DNA of 64,000 nt from Paraspadella gotoi (Eukaryota; Animalia; Chaetognatha). The stretch lies in contig CM119269.1 of assembly GCA_051294375.1 (NCBI GenBank), positions 5,630,050 to 5,694,049 of the forward strand, in the 5' to 3' direction. This document shows, one piece after another, positions 1 to 13,786 of the stretch (position 1 is its first letter; every line of letters starts with the position of its first letter). The notes under the pieces were generated by a model that saw only the letters and a list, made by a program, of their open reading frames with translations, was not told the DNA's origin and did not search any database. Made by a program: the position numbers and the translations under genes.

Positions 1-157
1 AAACAAAAGAACAACTAGATGGTGACGTTCAGTGACAGTGGCAACGGAAAGGACAATCGACGGACAGACGGACAGACGGACAGATAAATGGAGCAAAAAA
101 TTTGAAAAATTCCGTGGTTTTGAAAAAAAAGGTCAAAGTTGGACGCGTCGACTAGCG

Positions 158-247
158 TCTACCCTGGGGGGCGTCACATTAGGAGCGGCGCCCCCTGAAG
201 GAACTCTACCCTAGGGGCGTCACTCTAGGAGCCGCGCCCCCCGAAGG
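158..247. repeat. Two-copy ~47-bp GC-rich direct repeat, each copy with an internal hairpin
   Basis: TCTACCCT(G/A)GGGGCGTCAC..TAGGAGC.GCGCCCCC.GAAGG starts at 158 and again at 205; GGGGCG...CGCCCC stem in each copy. Confidence 0.7.
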
Positions 248-1958
248 GCCTCGTCAGTTTCGTTTCGGTTGAAACGAAGAGTGAAACGAGTTTGAGGCAA
301 AAAATATGAAAGGGGTGGAGATTGTGGAGAATGTGGCCTGGAGTGTTCGGGCTGTGTGGGACGGTGTGAAAATAAACGATNNNNNNNNNNNNNNNNNNNN
401 NNNNNNNNNNNNNNNNNNNNNNNNNNNNNNNNNNNNNNNNNNNNNNNNNNNNNNNNNNNNNNNNNNNNNNNNNNNNNNNNNNNNNNNNNNNNNNNNNNNN
501 NNNNNNNNNNNNNNNNNNNNNNNNNNNNNNNNNNNNNNNNNNNNNNNNNNNNNNNNNNNNNNNNNNNNNNNNNNNNNNNNNNNNNNNNNNNNNNNNNNNN
601 NNNNNNNNNNNNNNNNNNNNNNNNNNNNNNNNNNNNNNNNNNNNNNNNNNNNNNNNNNNNNNNNNNNNNNNNNNNNNNNNNNNNNNNACGAAGCCTTTTC
701 TTCTCCTCCTGTTTTGTTTTCTCGCGGTTGTTTTTGTTTTGAGTGGAAACAAGCCGAGTCGGCCCGTCGGATTTTCTGCGCAACGAGATCGAGCACCCTC
801 GCTTAGGATCGAGCGGGAATGAGGTGATCGTCGTCGTCGTCGTCGTCGTCGACGTCGTCTTCATCGCTTATGGTGCCACATTTTTGGAGTTATTCTTCTC
901 TGTTTTTCATTTTTTTCGGGCTTTTTTGNNNNNNNNNNNNNNNNNNNNNNNNNNNNNNNNNNNNNNNNNNNNNNNNNNNNNNNNNNNNNNNNNNNNNNNN
1001 NNNNNNNNNNNNNNNNNNNNNNNNNNNNNNNNNNNNNNNNNNNNNNNNNNNNNNNNNNNNNNNNNNNNNNNNNNNNNNNNNNNNNNNNNNNNNNNNNNNN
1101 NNNNNNNNNNNNNNNNNNNNNNNNNNNNNNNNNNNNNNNNNNNNNNNNNNNNNNNNNNNNNNNNNNNNNNCTCTTATGATGTAATTAATTATTCAAATAA
1201 ATTAGTTGTACAAATTTCAAAAACTTTGCATTTCTCTATATCCTAATAACAACGAAAACGAAAGGTTTATCGCATCATGATTTAATCACTAAACATTAAT
1301 AATTTTACTTTTTATATATTACAGATTCGTCACATGTATCATGGAATGGTCGTATGATCAGCGACCCCTACGGGTCGCTGGTAGAAAGGCTTGTCGTTTT
1401 CGCCTCAACTATTTGAGCTTCCAAAGTCTCAACTTTTAAGCCAAAACGTATGCAAGGTTACCAAACATTTCCCGGTCAAACGTCGATCATCAACTCGACT
1501 GTTCCACTCGTTCTTTCCTCTGCCCCGCTTTCACCGCCCCCCTCACCTCCGACGCCGTTCGCCCCCCCGTCGCTGGGAACTCTCGACTCGAAAAGGGTAA
1601 GTCAATGGAGATGGTGGAATATCAAAAGGTAAGGCGGAAAGAGAAGGTGAGAGGAAGAGAGTTTCTGGTCGGTCGGACAAATCGAGAATGAGGGGCGCGA
1701 TTCACGGTGAAAGCGTTAAGCCAAAAAAAAAAAGGAGAAAAGTAAACATTGGCTGATTTATTAAGTTTCTGAATAAATATGTTTATATGTCTGACTATGA
1801 ATAATTGTATGATTCTCGATCCAAAGTCAAACAACAACATCACTCAGCTCACGAAAGCGAAATCTGATGGAAAAATATCCCAACTGAGAATAGAATGAAA
1901 AAAAAACACATGTTCTTTGGTCAAAAAGGGTACACTCAAAGCGTGAATTTAATGAGAG

Positions 1959-2007
<49 letters not shown>

Positions 2008-3716
2008 AGAGCGAGAGAGCGAGTGCCACTTTTCCGTTCTTCCGATCTCCAAATCCTAGCAACGGTTCCAATCTCGGAACACAAGGCACCAATTATCACT
2101 TCCTTTCCGTTCCTTCCTCTGGCTCGGCCCAGAATCCAGTCGACGTACTAGTATTAGATGGATCGATGTCACGCTTTTCTTTTTTGAAGCTCGTTACGAG
2201 CTTCGGCTTTGAGAGTTGAACTTTAATTTCCGCGCCCTCGACACTCCGACGCCTCAAGAACGAGTCCAGACGTTTGTCGACGTCGCGACAATCTCATTTG
2301 CATATCGCAGTCTCTCTCTNNNNNNNNNNNNNNNNNNNNNNNNNNNNNNNNNNNNNNNNNNNNNNNNNNNNNNNNNNNNNNNNNNNNNNNNNNNNNNNNN
2401 NNNNNNNNNNNNNNNNNNNNNNNNNNNNNNNNNNNNNNNNNNNNNNNNNNNNNNNNNNNNNNNNNNNNNNNNNNNTCTCTCTCTCTCTCTCCTCTCACAC
2501 TTTTTCGCTACTTTGTTTTCTCTCTCTCTGTCTCTTTCAATTGTGAGGGAGGTGAGTTTCCCCTTCGGAAAATCTGTTGGATGGAAGGGGAGCATTTTGA
2601 GCTGCGGAGTGGTGAAGGAAAAACCAATCATGGGTAAGTTATTCCGTTGGCGCCAAGAACTTACCTTAACGACCGACCAAGCGATCGACCGACAAACGCC
2701 CCCGCCTGTGGTCATACCCACTCACACTTTTTTTTTTCATGAATATGTACGTAAAACGTATGTTTAGTTAAGAATTCGTACAACAATTTTTGTTTGGATT
2801 TAAGGATTTAAAATTGTTTATCCATTATTCATTATGTATTTGATTAAAAGGGAACTTTTTGAGTCGCAGAGNNNNNNNNNNNNNNNNNNNNNNNNNNNNN
2901 NNNNNNNNNNNNNNNNNNNNNNNNNNNNNNNNNNNNNNNNNNNNNNNNNNNNNNNNNNNNNNNNNNNNNNNNNNNNNNNNNNNNNNNNNNNNNNNNNNNN
3001 NNNNNNNNNNNNNNNNNNNNNNNNNNNNNNNNNNNNNNNNNNNNNNNNNNNNNNNNNNNNNNNNNNNNNNNNNNNNNNNNNNNNNNNNNNNNNNNNNNNN
3101 NNNNNNNNNNNNNNNNNNNNNNNNNNNNNNNNNNNNNNNNNNNNNNNNNNNNNNNNNNNNNNNNNNNNNNNNNNNNNNNNNNNNNNNNNNNNNNNNNNNN
3201 NNNNNNNNNNNNNNNNNNNNNNNNNNNNNNNNNNNNNNNNNNNNNNNNNNNNNNNNNNNNNNNNNNNNNNNNNNNNNNNNNNNNNNNNNNNNNAGAAAGA
3301 AAGAAAGAAAGAAAGAAAAGAAAGACAGAAAGATAGAAAGACAGAAAGAAAAGAAAGAAAAGAAAGAAAGAAAGAAAATGAACAATATTTCCTATCGGTC
3401 GTCACCGTCAAGAGTCCGTCAGCACCGGCGTCAACCTTCCGTCCGTCCGTCCGTCCGTCCGTCCGTCCGTCAGTCACTTCATCCGTCGAACCGGAAACAA
3501 ATTTGGCGCCACAAAATTTGATTCCAATTCGCTTCGCTTGCCCGGGAGACCGAGTTACGGTCGTCGTCTCTGTCTCTATCGTTATCGTCGTCGTCGTCGT
3601 CGTCGTCATGGTCCTCGGCGGCTTCGCGTTTTGAAATTATTATATCTCATTTTTTCTTCACGCTCACGGAATTCAAAGCGACCATACCAATTTTATCTTT
3701 ATCAGCAAAAAACGTG

Positions 3717-3760
<44 letters not shown>

Positions 3761-5011
3761 CCTCTCATCCTCTCTCTCTCTCTCTCTCCTTTCTCTCTCT
3801 CTCTCTCTCTCTCGTTTGTTTTTGTTTCGTTTATCCTGTTTGTTTTCTTTGTTTCGCGATAAGCATTTCGCCGCCGGAAAACAAAAGCTCATCGTAGGAG
3901 GAAGGATTACGAGGAAGAATGCGACGCTGATAAACTGATAAAAACGAATTTAGAAATAAAAGAAAAAAAAAGAAAAAAGATTTAAAGAGAGAAACTGTTA
4001 AAGAGAGAGAAAAGGTTAAGAAGGAAACGACTGAGTTCCGCAGCGATAGATTTGAGGAGAAATTGGGAATGAAAAAAAGAAAGAGAAATACAGGGTGACC
4101 AGTGGTCACTGACCACTTGAAACGGGCCCATGAAAAAAAAAAGCTACCAATCGAAAACGCCTAGTGATAATGTGTTTATAATATTTTAATAATGAGATTT
4201 CCAGCCAAGATGGACGAATATAAATACCAATCGGGGTTTTTTTTTCCTTGGCAGTAAAAGGAGCGGGACGGCTTGACAAAAAAAGATCAATGATATAAGA
4301 AATATACGCAAAAAATATATTAAATTGTTTTTGTCCATGAAACTTTGTTTGAACAACAAAGTTATACCTCACCTACGCTAATATTTTGTGTACTTCCAAA
4401 TCAATTAAATAGCTAAAACAGTAAAAAAATGAGAAGAGAAGTATAACAAATACTTATCTAGTAAACAAATGATATTCGTAATACGAACAATGAATCAATT
4501 TACAACTTATGGTCGTATAAAATAGGAGAAGACGAATTCGATCGAGCGTGGGAGCCTTTTCTGGAAAAGAAAGAAGAGGAGGAGAACATCAACTCTTTTT
4601 AAAGGAGATAAGGAAGAGGAAGAGGAACGGCAGGGTAAGTTGTTCGGGTGAGGACTTACTGGCTTCCGACTCAACATATAAAAGAGAAATCGGCGAGAAA
4701 ATCTGGGAAAAGGAAATAATGAAAGGAAAGGTTATGATCAGAACCGGAGGTGAGGAATTAAGCGAGAAAGAGAGAGANNNNNNNNNNNNNNNNNNNNNNN
4801 NNNNNNNNNNNNNNNNNNNNNNNNNNNNNNNNNNNNNNNNNNNNNNNNNNNNNNNNNNNNNNNNNNNNNNNNNNNNNNNNNNNNNNNNNNNNNNNNNNNN
4901 NNNNNNNNNNNNNNNNNNNNNNNNNNNNNNNNNNNNNNNNNNNNNNNNNNNNNNNNNNNNNNNNNNNNNNNNNNNNNNNNNNNNNNNNNNNNNNNNNNNN
5001 NNNNNNNNNNN

Positions 5012-5045
<34 letters not shown>

Positions 5046-5429
5046 AATATTGTAAACGAATGACGGGAAAAGAGTCGATGAAAAGAGAAGCAGATTTGAA
5101 TTCGCGACAAAAGCCAAAAGCGGGGAAAAAAAATCCGGGCAAAAATATTTTTCGTGGCTGCGGGAAATATGAGAGAAAACAAACTGGGACCTAAAGAGAA
5201 GAGAGAAAAAGAGAGGGTAAGAAAGGTAGGAGGAAGAGAGAAGAGGAAAAGTGAAGGAAGAAATATTAGTTATTAGGGGAAAAAAGAAAATGAAACAAAG
5301 GCTGAGAGAAAATGGAAACTATTTTAAATCTGGATGAGAATAAAAAAAAAAACTTTTTTATTGTTACTTTGGAATTGAAAAAATACGAGAACCTGAAATA
5401 AAAATACTGAGTCGAAAAGAGAGAGAGAG

Positions 5430-5460
<31 letters not shown>

Positions 5461-5676
5461 GGAAAAAAAATTAGGGTGACCGAGGATAGATTAGTTCGGC
5501 GCGAACGAACAAAAAAACGAGCGGAGAAGAGAAAAGTGAAAAGAAAGAAGGAAACAAAAGAGAAAGAGAGTGAATCGGGAATAAGGGGGGGAGAAGGAGG
5601 GGGGGCGCTCGCAAAAAGAAGCGCAACATAAGATTTTAATGAGCCAACTGCTTGGAAGATTGTTCGAAGCAGCAGA

Positions 5677-5711
<35 letters not shown>

Positions 5712-6801
5712 TTTAAGGCTTCCCTTTCCGTAACCCAAACCTCGAAAGGGAGAAACAAAACAACGGGGGGGAGGGGAACGTTCGAGGGGGAAGGCCCCCT
5801 ATTAGCGAGGGTGTTTGGGACTCTATTTAGGATTTTCCCTCTTTATTCCTCGCGTTTTTGCGCCTTTTCGATACGAAACGTGACGAGGGAGACCGAGGGG
5901 AGAATTAGCAAGAGAGAGAGAGAGANNNNNNNNNNNNNNNNNNNNNNNNNNNNNNNNNNNNNNNNNNNNNNNNNNNNNNNNNNNNNNNNNNNNNNNNNNN
6001 NNNNNNNNNNNNNNNNNNNNNNNNNNNNNNNNNNNNNNNNNNNNNNNNNNNNNNNNNNNNNNNNNNNNNNNNNNNNNNNNNNNNNNNNNNNNNNNNNNNN
6101 NNNNNNNNNNNNNNNNNNNNNNNNNNNNNNNNNNNNNNNNCATGGATTCATGGATGTTCCACTTTTCGACTTTTCAGGGAGGAGCGCAAGAGTGGATCAG
6201 TGGGTCGGGAGTTCGAAACCGGAAGTGAGTCGTGTTTCTGTGGAATTGGATTTCAATTTTCCTTTCACTAAATATTTCGTTAAACTTCCGGTCTGATGTT
6301 TAAAGAAAACAGACCTAGTTTTTTCCTTTTTATTACAATCTGAAGAAATTGGTTCTAGATTAGTGCACTGTTAATGCCTCATATTTACTCTAATTTACTA
6401 CAAATGACTTTGCGAAAGCATTAGTAGAAAGGATCAAAGCTAATACTACTTATTTAATGTTATTTATTGCTATGTTTAAGTAATAAGTATTGACATTTAC
6501 TCGATTTCGTTTTTACCGCAAAATTAGTTAACATTTGCGACAAGACTTTTAGTTAAAACGAGAAAACGTCCTGTTATAAACATTTAAACTTTAATCGTCA
6601 ACTTAAAGTCTATTCTTCAAATTATTTTGTCGCTAAAAAGCCAAAGCGCCGTAGAAAATTGAATATTTAAATATTTATTGTTCACTGATTCTGCTACAAC
6701 TGTTTTATATTCATTGCTCCTGATGTTGTTCGTGATTAAAAACTAATCCTTTTCTTTGCATTCAAATTCATCACAATAAAGGACCGACCCTTGAGATTCA
6801 A

Positions 6802-6838
<37 letters not shown>

Positions 6839-6989
6839 NNNNNNNNNNNNNNNNNNNNNNNNNNNNNNNNNNNNNNNNNNNNNNNNNNNNNNNNNNNNNN
6901 NNNNNNNNNNNNNNNNNNNNNNNNNNNNNNNNNNNNNNNNNNNNNNNNNNNNNNNNNNNNNNNNNNNNNNNNNNNNNNNNNNNNNNNNN

Positions 6990-7028
<39 letters not shown>

Positions 7029-7645
7029 GTCATATTAATTTTTCATCTTTTTTTTTCCTTTTCGAGACAGAGGCCTCGGTCAGACCCGGAACCCAAAGGG
7101 CCCGTCCAATCGAAGCCTCCTCGAAAACCCTCTTATGCAAATGAGATTTTTGTGTTTTGGTCTCGAACGGCGTCACTCGACGTCGTTCGCTGTGAAGATC
7201 GGAAATCATCAATTTCGTTATTCATTGTGTTTTGCTCTTTAAGGTTCACAGATTGCGCCTCTCTCTCTCTCTCTCTCNNNNNNNNNNNNNNNNNNNNNNN
7301 NNNNNNNNNNNNNNNNNNNNNNNNNNNNNNNNNNNNNNNNNNNNNNNNNNNNNNNNNNNNNNNNNNNNNNNNNNNNNNNNNNNNNNNNNNNNNNNNNNNN
7401 NNNNNNNNNNNNNNNNNNNNNNNNNNNNNNNNNNNNNNNNNNNNNNNNNNNNNNNNNNNNNNNNNNNNNNNNNNNNNNNNNNNNNNNNNNNNNNNNNNNN
7501 NNNNNNNNNNNNNNNNNNNNNNNNNNNNNNNNNNNNNNNNNNNNNNNNNNNNNNNNNNNNNNNNNNNNNNNNNNNNNNNNNNNNNNNNNNNNNNNNNNNN
7601 NNNNNNNNNNNNNNNNNNNNNNNNNNNNNNNNNNNNNNNNNNNNN

Positions 7646-7679
<34 letters not shown>

Positions 7680-8428
7680 CCACCATTCCGTTTATGAGAC
7701 TTTTCATAAGCACATAAAGAACATCAAACTGGGTTTGAAAGGGATCTTTGAGGACGTCACCTTGCGATCAGATCCAAGTCTTTGTTTCTCGTTTCTCTCA
7801 CAGAAAAACAGCCTTTTTTGTGACACCAAAAACTCATTTTAAAGGAACAACGGGTTAGTCGCCCGAAAAAAAATTATTTTGACGTATGAGGCGATTGTGT
7901 TTATTCACTATTCAGAATTCACTATTCAGACTTTAAATAGTTAAAAATATCGTTGTATATTTCAATGTGACCTCACATTGGGTTTGGAATTAAACATCAG
8001 ACCAAGGTCAAATTGTTAGATACGAAAACAATTTTTATTCTTTTTTACAGTCCACCAATTTTCGATCTTTTATTACCCCAATATTAAACAACTTTATTTC
8101 AAAATTTCGTTCTGACAGGAATATAATGTCGCTTAGACCGAATTAAAACGTTCGTAAAAACGAGATCGACGATGAGATTCGGTTTAACGAGGAGTCGCGC
8201 GGTCGTGATTCGTCGCTCATAGGAATCGCGTTTGCGGTGACTTCGATGGCGGTCAGTCAGTCTATCTGTCTGTCGGTTGTTCGTCGTCATAAACGAGTTG
8301 AGAACCACGTTCGCCGTCGTCGTCGTCGTCGTCGTTCTAATTGTGGTCGAGGTCAACTCGTTAATTAATTAGAGCAAAATATTAAAAAAAAAAAAATCAA
8401 ACTAATTTTCCCAACTTACCAGGATTAA

Positions 8429-8507
<79 letters not shown>

Positions 8508-9339
8508 ACCCCACTCGCAGTGCCAGCCATGGGGGTCTCGCACCCCCGCGAGAGCGAAGGGCACCCCGCGGCGACGCCACCCCGACGGAGGCACCAAGCG
8601 TCACCAAACCTTTAATCGGACTGACCCTTGACCGCCGCGGCCCCATGGGAGGGGGGCGGAGGGGGGGGGACTGGCCGTTCGGGCTCTCGAGAAAGGCGGC
8701 CGGCCGACGGGGTGGCCAATCGCTTCTCGTTTTCGATTACGATGACGACGACGATGACGACGATGACGACGACGATGATGGATTTTCCAAGGTCGAGTTA
8801 GATAAGGACTTGCGGTTCGAGGGTCACTCCGAGAAAGAGGGTGGCTAAAAAAAAAAGAGGGGGGGGCGGGAAAGAGCCAAGGCGGGGTCGTTTCGAGAGA
8901 GCCTCGAAAATGGCACAAGGAGAAGGGGGGTGATTTCGGCCGAAGCGGATCCCGAATCGGGATCGCGCTCGCTTCTCGGGAGAGCGGCGACCCTTCGGCG
9001 ACGGAAGTTTTTACGGCGTCGGGCGAAGGGCGATACGGCGATATGGGCGCGATATTCGGGCGATATTGCGGCGATATTGCGACGAAGAGACGAGCGATAA
9101 AGTCGAATCCCGATTTTGGCCCGTAAAAATTGTTTCGCGTTGAGCCCGAGGGGCGATCGGTGGGGCTTTAACGGACCGGTTTTTAGCGAATCGAAGAGGA
9201 ACAGCGTTTACGAGAAGCGGACTTTGCCGAAGCGGAGAGGCGACGACGACATCTGCCGTTGCTTCTTTATTAACTACTTGCAGATTAAATTATTTAAAAT
9301 GTATTGATAAAGTGAAACTAAAGAAAGGCATATTGGCGT

Positions 9340-9460
9340 TCCACATCTTCCGCTCCTTTCAATCAACAGCTTCATCTTCCGCTCCTTTCAATCACCGCTT
9401 CCATCTTACGCTTCCTTTCAATCACCGCTTCCATCTTCCGCTCCTTTTCAATCGCTTCCC
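9340..9460. repeat. ~29-30 bp minisatellite, about 4 copies
   Basis: Unit CATCTTCCGCTCCTTTCAATCACCGCTTC repeated with small variations. Confidence 0.75.
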
Positions 9461-9545
9461 TCATCCCTCTCACCTTCTCTCTCTTCAACCACTTCCTCTC
9501 CGCCCTGCCCTCTATCGGACAGCGGCCGAAAGTTTTTTTTTATAT

Positions 9546-9639
<94 letters not shown>

Positions 9640-9730
9640 TTTCCAATTAATTTTCATGGCTACAGTTTCTAAACGCATCCGGAATCGTTCATGATGGAAC
9701 CGAAGTCGGAGAGATTACCCTCGCTTTGTT

Positions 9731-9769
<39 letters not shown>

Positions 9770-9994
9770 ACTCGCCGCAATAATCGCGGTATCTGTTACG
9801 GTGTTGGGATCGTCGGTGGATCGTGACGGTGACAGACCCAAACTCGACGTCGCCTCATGGTCGCCTCTGCCACCCCCCTCCCTCCCCCCCATTTCCCCCC
9901 CCCGTCTTTTTTTTATGGTTCGCAGTTCGCACCATTGTACTCTCCTCTTTCTCCTCTTTATTTTTCTTCTTGGTTCCGTCTTCTCGTAATAATA

Positions 9995-10450
9995 ATTCCT
10001 TTCTTTCTTCAATGAACACTTCCTGCTTCCTTCCTTTTCTTTTTTTTTTTTTGGCTCTTCTTCATTCCTTTCCTTTTTTTTGCTCTTTTTTTCCTTCCTT
10101 CTTTCCTTTCTTTTTTTTTGCTCTTTCTTCCTTCCTTCCTTTCTTTTTTTTTGCTCTTTTTTCCTTCCTTCTTTCCTTTCTTTTTTTTTGCTCTTTCTTC
10201 CCTTCCTTCTTTCCTTTCTTTTTTTTGCTCTTTCTTCCTTCCTTTTTTCCTTTCTTTTTTTTGTTCTCTTTCTTTCGTCATTCCTATCTTTTTGCTGTCT
10301 ATTCCTTTCTTCATTCCTTCCTTTTCTCTCAATTTTATCTTCTTTCTCTTTTTTCTTCATTTCTTTATATTCTCTCTTCTTTACTCTATTTTCTTCTTTC
10401 TTTCTCCCCATTTTTTTCTTCTTCTCAACATCTCTTAATTTTTTTTTCCC
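9995..10450. repeat. Polypyrimidine low-complexity tract
   Basis: Almost purely T/C, with recurring TTTTGCTCTTT(T)TTCCTTCCTTCTTTCC units; explains the K/E/R-rich and F/L/S-rich pseudo-ORFs. Confidence 0.85.
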
Positions 10451-12514
10451 CATCAGCTCCGCCAAACTCGTTGACATCATTCTTTCCTTCTTTCCATCTT
10501 CAAATTAATCTGTGATATGAAGCGAACTCGAATCTCGTCTTTCAAACTCTTTTCAATCTCGATTCACTTCTCTCCCGATTGACATCTCGACTTGGAATCT
10601 TGAGTCATTAAAATGAATAAATCATTTTTTTATTCGTCAGTCATCTTTCGCGTCGGCTCATGATCTTTCGTGATTGGCTTCACTTGAGCAACTTGATGAA
10701 AACTTGTGCGAACTGTGAAGTGCTTGATAGTAAGCATACATCAACCAAATCCGTATTATGTAAGCCATGTCAGGGCCAATTTTTTCTTTAACGTATTAAA
10801 TTTTATTTGTATTCATTTACAAAACTGCTTGCAAGCAAGAGCAATCTGTTTTATTTTTCGGACTAAAATCGGCCATATTCATTATTCATAGCACAAAATA
10901 ATGATGAAAATAGCGTTGTTATCAGAATAATACCAGGAATCATATCATGTTCCTCATTTCGTCTTTCTCCTCCTCTCTCCCTCTCTCACTCTCTCATTTG
11001 ACTACAACATCGTTAATTCTTTGAGTCAACAAGAGGCGCGATTTCTTCATTTACAATTTCTCTTCTTTCATCTTTTGTTTGTTTACATTCGCTTCATTGT
11101 TGTTGTCCTTTTTCTCGATTTCCTTCGCCTTTTTTTCTTCCGAGGAAACTTCTGTTGCCAAATTTCAGAGGAAGATCGAAAATCGTCTCTGGTTTCGAAG
11201 CCTCACGTTCCGAGGACAAAACAAATACAGTGAATGTAGGAATCACAAGCAGAATGGAGAAAATGGAGAAAATGGCGAAAATGGCAAAACAGCGATATGA
11301 TTTTTGGAACCAAAGCCTTCAGTTCTCTCCTCCGTTAGAATCTCATTGCTCTTGGTTCAACTGCTCATGGTGCCATGGTTAGGATGATATTGGGTCGGCT
11401 TTGATATATTTTCTTCCCCATCAGAAACGATTATGAATAATCGATGATGTTCATTTGTTTGTTTATTTTATACATTTCAATTTTATTTGATCCACGAATT
11501 TATTGAATGAGATAATTTGATATATTAAGAGTTACATATAAATATCATTTTAGATTTAAAAAGATATCTAGAAACTGTATTAATTAAGATTTAAGAGAGC
11601 CAAAAAGTCAAAGGTACCTAGTAAAACATTAATTCATCAAACAATGTTACTCAAATGTAGGAAACATATGATTCAACGAGTTTTATATCCATCAACCGAC
11701 CCAAATGTGTTTGTATGTTATTTATTTGTTCAATAACCACAAAAAATCAACGCTGAAGACCGTGAAGTTGATGACGAAGAAGACGACAGCGATGAAGGCG
11801 ACGACGACGACGATAACGACGACGGCGACGATAACGACGACGACGACGATAACGACGACGGCGACGAAAACGACGAAAACGTAAAGGTAATATAATTCAT
11901 GAGTCTTCGCTGCTGCAGGCGACGATGACGACGACGACAAAGACGACGATGGAATCGACGAATCCTCGTATCCACCGCCGTCGCCGACGACGCCGCCGAC
12001 GACGATAATTCAAACGACGACGACAACGTTCGACGAAGACCTCGATGGAATCGGACGGCGGCCAAGTGAACAATTGGTCTCCTCTCCGTAACTTAAGGTC
12101 AATGGGAGGAGGAAGAGCGACGGGTTAAGGAAGAGGAAACTTGTCCTCGAAGTCCGCAGCCGCCGAATCTCGGACGGAATAAAAACCCGCGACTCGATTC
12201 CATTCAGCATCACAATCGCCGATCGAGAATCGAGAATCACGTTCGTTTCCATCGAGAATCGTCCTCAGTCTAATCAAGAATCACTTTTACTTCAACCAAG
12301 AATCACCTCAACCCCAAAGAAGATTAATCATTCTCACCACAAATCTCACCTCAATTTTCTATTTCATAAAATTAAACTGGTTTAAGAATCCAACTTCTCA
12401 ACATCTCACGACAGAATTTTTGCTCCGTTTTATTCCGAGACTTTCCTCTCGCTCCTTTTCGAAACTCACCCTCCTGACCCAAGACCTCATTCCCCCCTTC
12501 ACCCTCGCGAAGTC

Positions 12515-13786
12515 ATGGATCCCAACTTCATCAACGTGACGGAGGATTGGTCGGACGACGACGCCGACTCCTTCGACGACGGCGCCTCTCGCGGCCGAAA
12601 ACGGAAGATGTCGTCGGCGACGTCGTCCGCTTCTTTGTCCGCTGCAGCGGCGAAAGCGGCGAAGACCATGTCGGACGACGAACAGCAGGCGCTGCGCCTC
12701 AAGATCAATTCGCGCGAACGAAAGCGAATGCACGATCTCAACTCGGCGTTGGACGGATTGAGGGAAGTGATGCCCTACGCGCACGGGCCGTCGGTGAGGA
12801 AACTGAGCAAGATCGCCACGCTCTTGCTGGCGAAGAACTACATCCTGATGTTGACGTCGAGTCTGGAGGAGATGAAGAAGTTGGTCGGCGACATCTACGG
12901 ACCGCAGCACGCCGCCGCCGTCGCCGCGTCGGCGAGGGTCAGGCTGGGCGCGCTCGGCGGACTCGCCGGAGCCGGCATCGTTCCCGCGGCGACGCCGAGT
13001 TTTGGCGCTGCGGCGTCGACCGGTCCGGCAGCGGCGCCACCATCGGCGCCAACATCGACGTCACCTTCTTCGCTGCCGGGCGGAATCGGAGCTCCGCCCT
13101 TACCTTTGCCGGGTTTGCCTTCCGCGGCGCCTCCTTTGCCCGACATGGCGTCCTCTGCTCGACTTCTGGCTGCCGCCGCCAACTCCGCCCTTCCTTACCC
13201 GGCGCCCCACTTACCTTCCACCTCAGCTCCTTACCTTCCGCCGCTGGACTTGAAGGCGGATCATCCTTCTCCCGGTAGCAGCACCGCCTCTCACTCACCT
13301 TCAGCGTCGCCGCAGGGACTCGGCAGCGCCGCATTCGTTACGGCGCCGACTTCTTCATCGGTTGCGCGATCTCTTCCTTCTCCTTCGTTGGCGCCGCTTC
13401 ATCTTCCTCATCATCAGGCGGCGCCATCGTCTCCATCACGTAGCCCGGCGTCGTCCGTCCGGTGTTCTGTCGCCGCCTCTGCGCCGGCAGCTTCGCCGCT
13501 GCGACCGGCTCATCCGACGCCGCTGCCGTTTCCCGCCCACGCCGCAGCCGCTGCCCACCTTCACGCCCTTACGCAACCGCATCGACCGGGACCCGATCCT
13601 TGCCCCTGCGCTCACTGCCTTACCTCATCGGCAGCGGCGGCCGCGGCCGCGGCAGCAGCGGCAGCCTCCAGAATGGGTCATCCCGGGGCGGTGTTTCCCG
13701 GCCATCACGGCGCTTTGGTCGGAAGCCACGCCCACTTGGCGCATCACAAAGCGTTTTCTTCCGGTCACGACGTTTTCGCCAAATGA
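12515..13786 (+). CDS. olig: Olig-family bHLH transcription factor (OLIG2/OLIG3-like), single exon, 423 aa
   Basis: Intact GC-rich ORF. The b[57 protein letters not shown] and the following [16 protein letters not shown] are near-identical to vertebrate OLIG2/3 as I recall them. Olig-type residues ([20 protein letters not shown]) differ from bHLHe22/Beta3 (NINARERRR, DELRAVI, AHSP). C-terminal PCPCAHC motif; AATAAA at 14009-14014. Confidence 0.96.
   Translation: MDPNFINVTEDWSDDDADSFDDGASRGRKRKMSSATSSASLSAAAAKAAKTMSDDEQQALRLKINSRERKRMHDLNSALDGLREVMPYAHGPSVRKLSKIATLLLAKNYILMLTSSLEEMKKLVGDIYGPQHAAAVAASARVRLGALGGLAGAGIVPAATPSFGAAASTGPAAAPPSAPTSTSPSSLPGGIGAPPLPLPGLPSAAPPLPDMASSARLLAAAANSALPYPAPHLPSTSAPYLPPLDLKADHPSPGSSTASHSPSASPQGLGSAAFVTAPTSSSVARSLPSPSLAPLHLPHHQAAPSSPSRSPASSVRCSVAASAPAASPLRPAHPTPLPFPAHAAAAAHLHALTQPHRPGPDPCPCAHCLTSSAAAAAAAAAAAASRMGHPGAVFPGHHGALVGSHAHLAHHKAFSSGHDVFAK

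Noticed and set aside
235-292. Hammerhead ribozyme on the minus strand (CTGACGAGGCCCTTCGGG)
   Set aside because: The CUGANGA core is not followed by stem II plus GAAA, and no stem III or cleavage triplet can be built.
220-7713. Many long ORFs containing X runs
   Set aside because: Open only because N gaps and (AG)n repeats lack stop codons.
9689-10515. Long K/E/R-rich (263 aa) and F/L/S-rich ORFs
   Set aside because: Translations of a polypyrimidine tract that is open in many frames on both strands; no domain.
11745-12090. Asp-rich exon-like sequence upstream of olig
   Set aside because: Decayed (GAC)n microsatellite, common in this window; in-frame stop, the candidate 32-nt intron is phase-incompatible, and there is no start codon.
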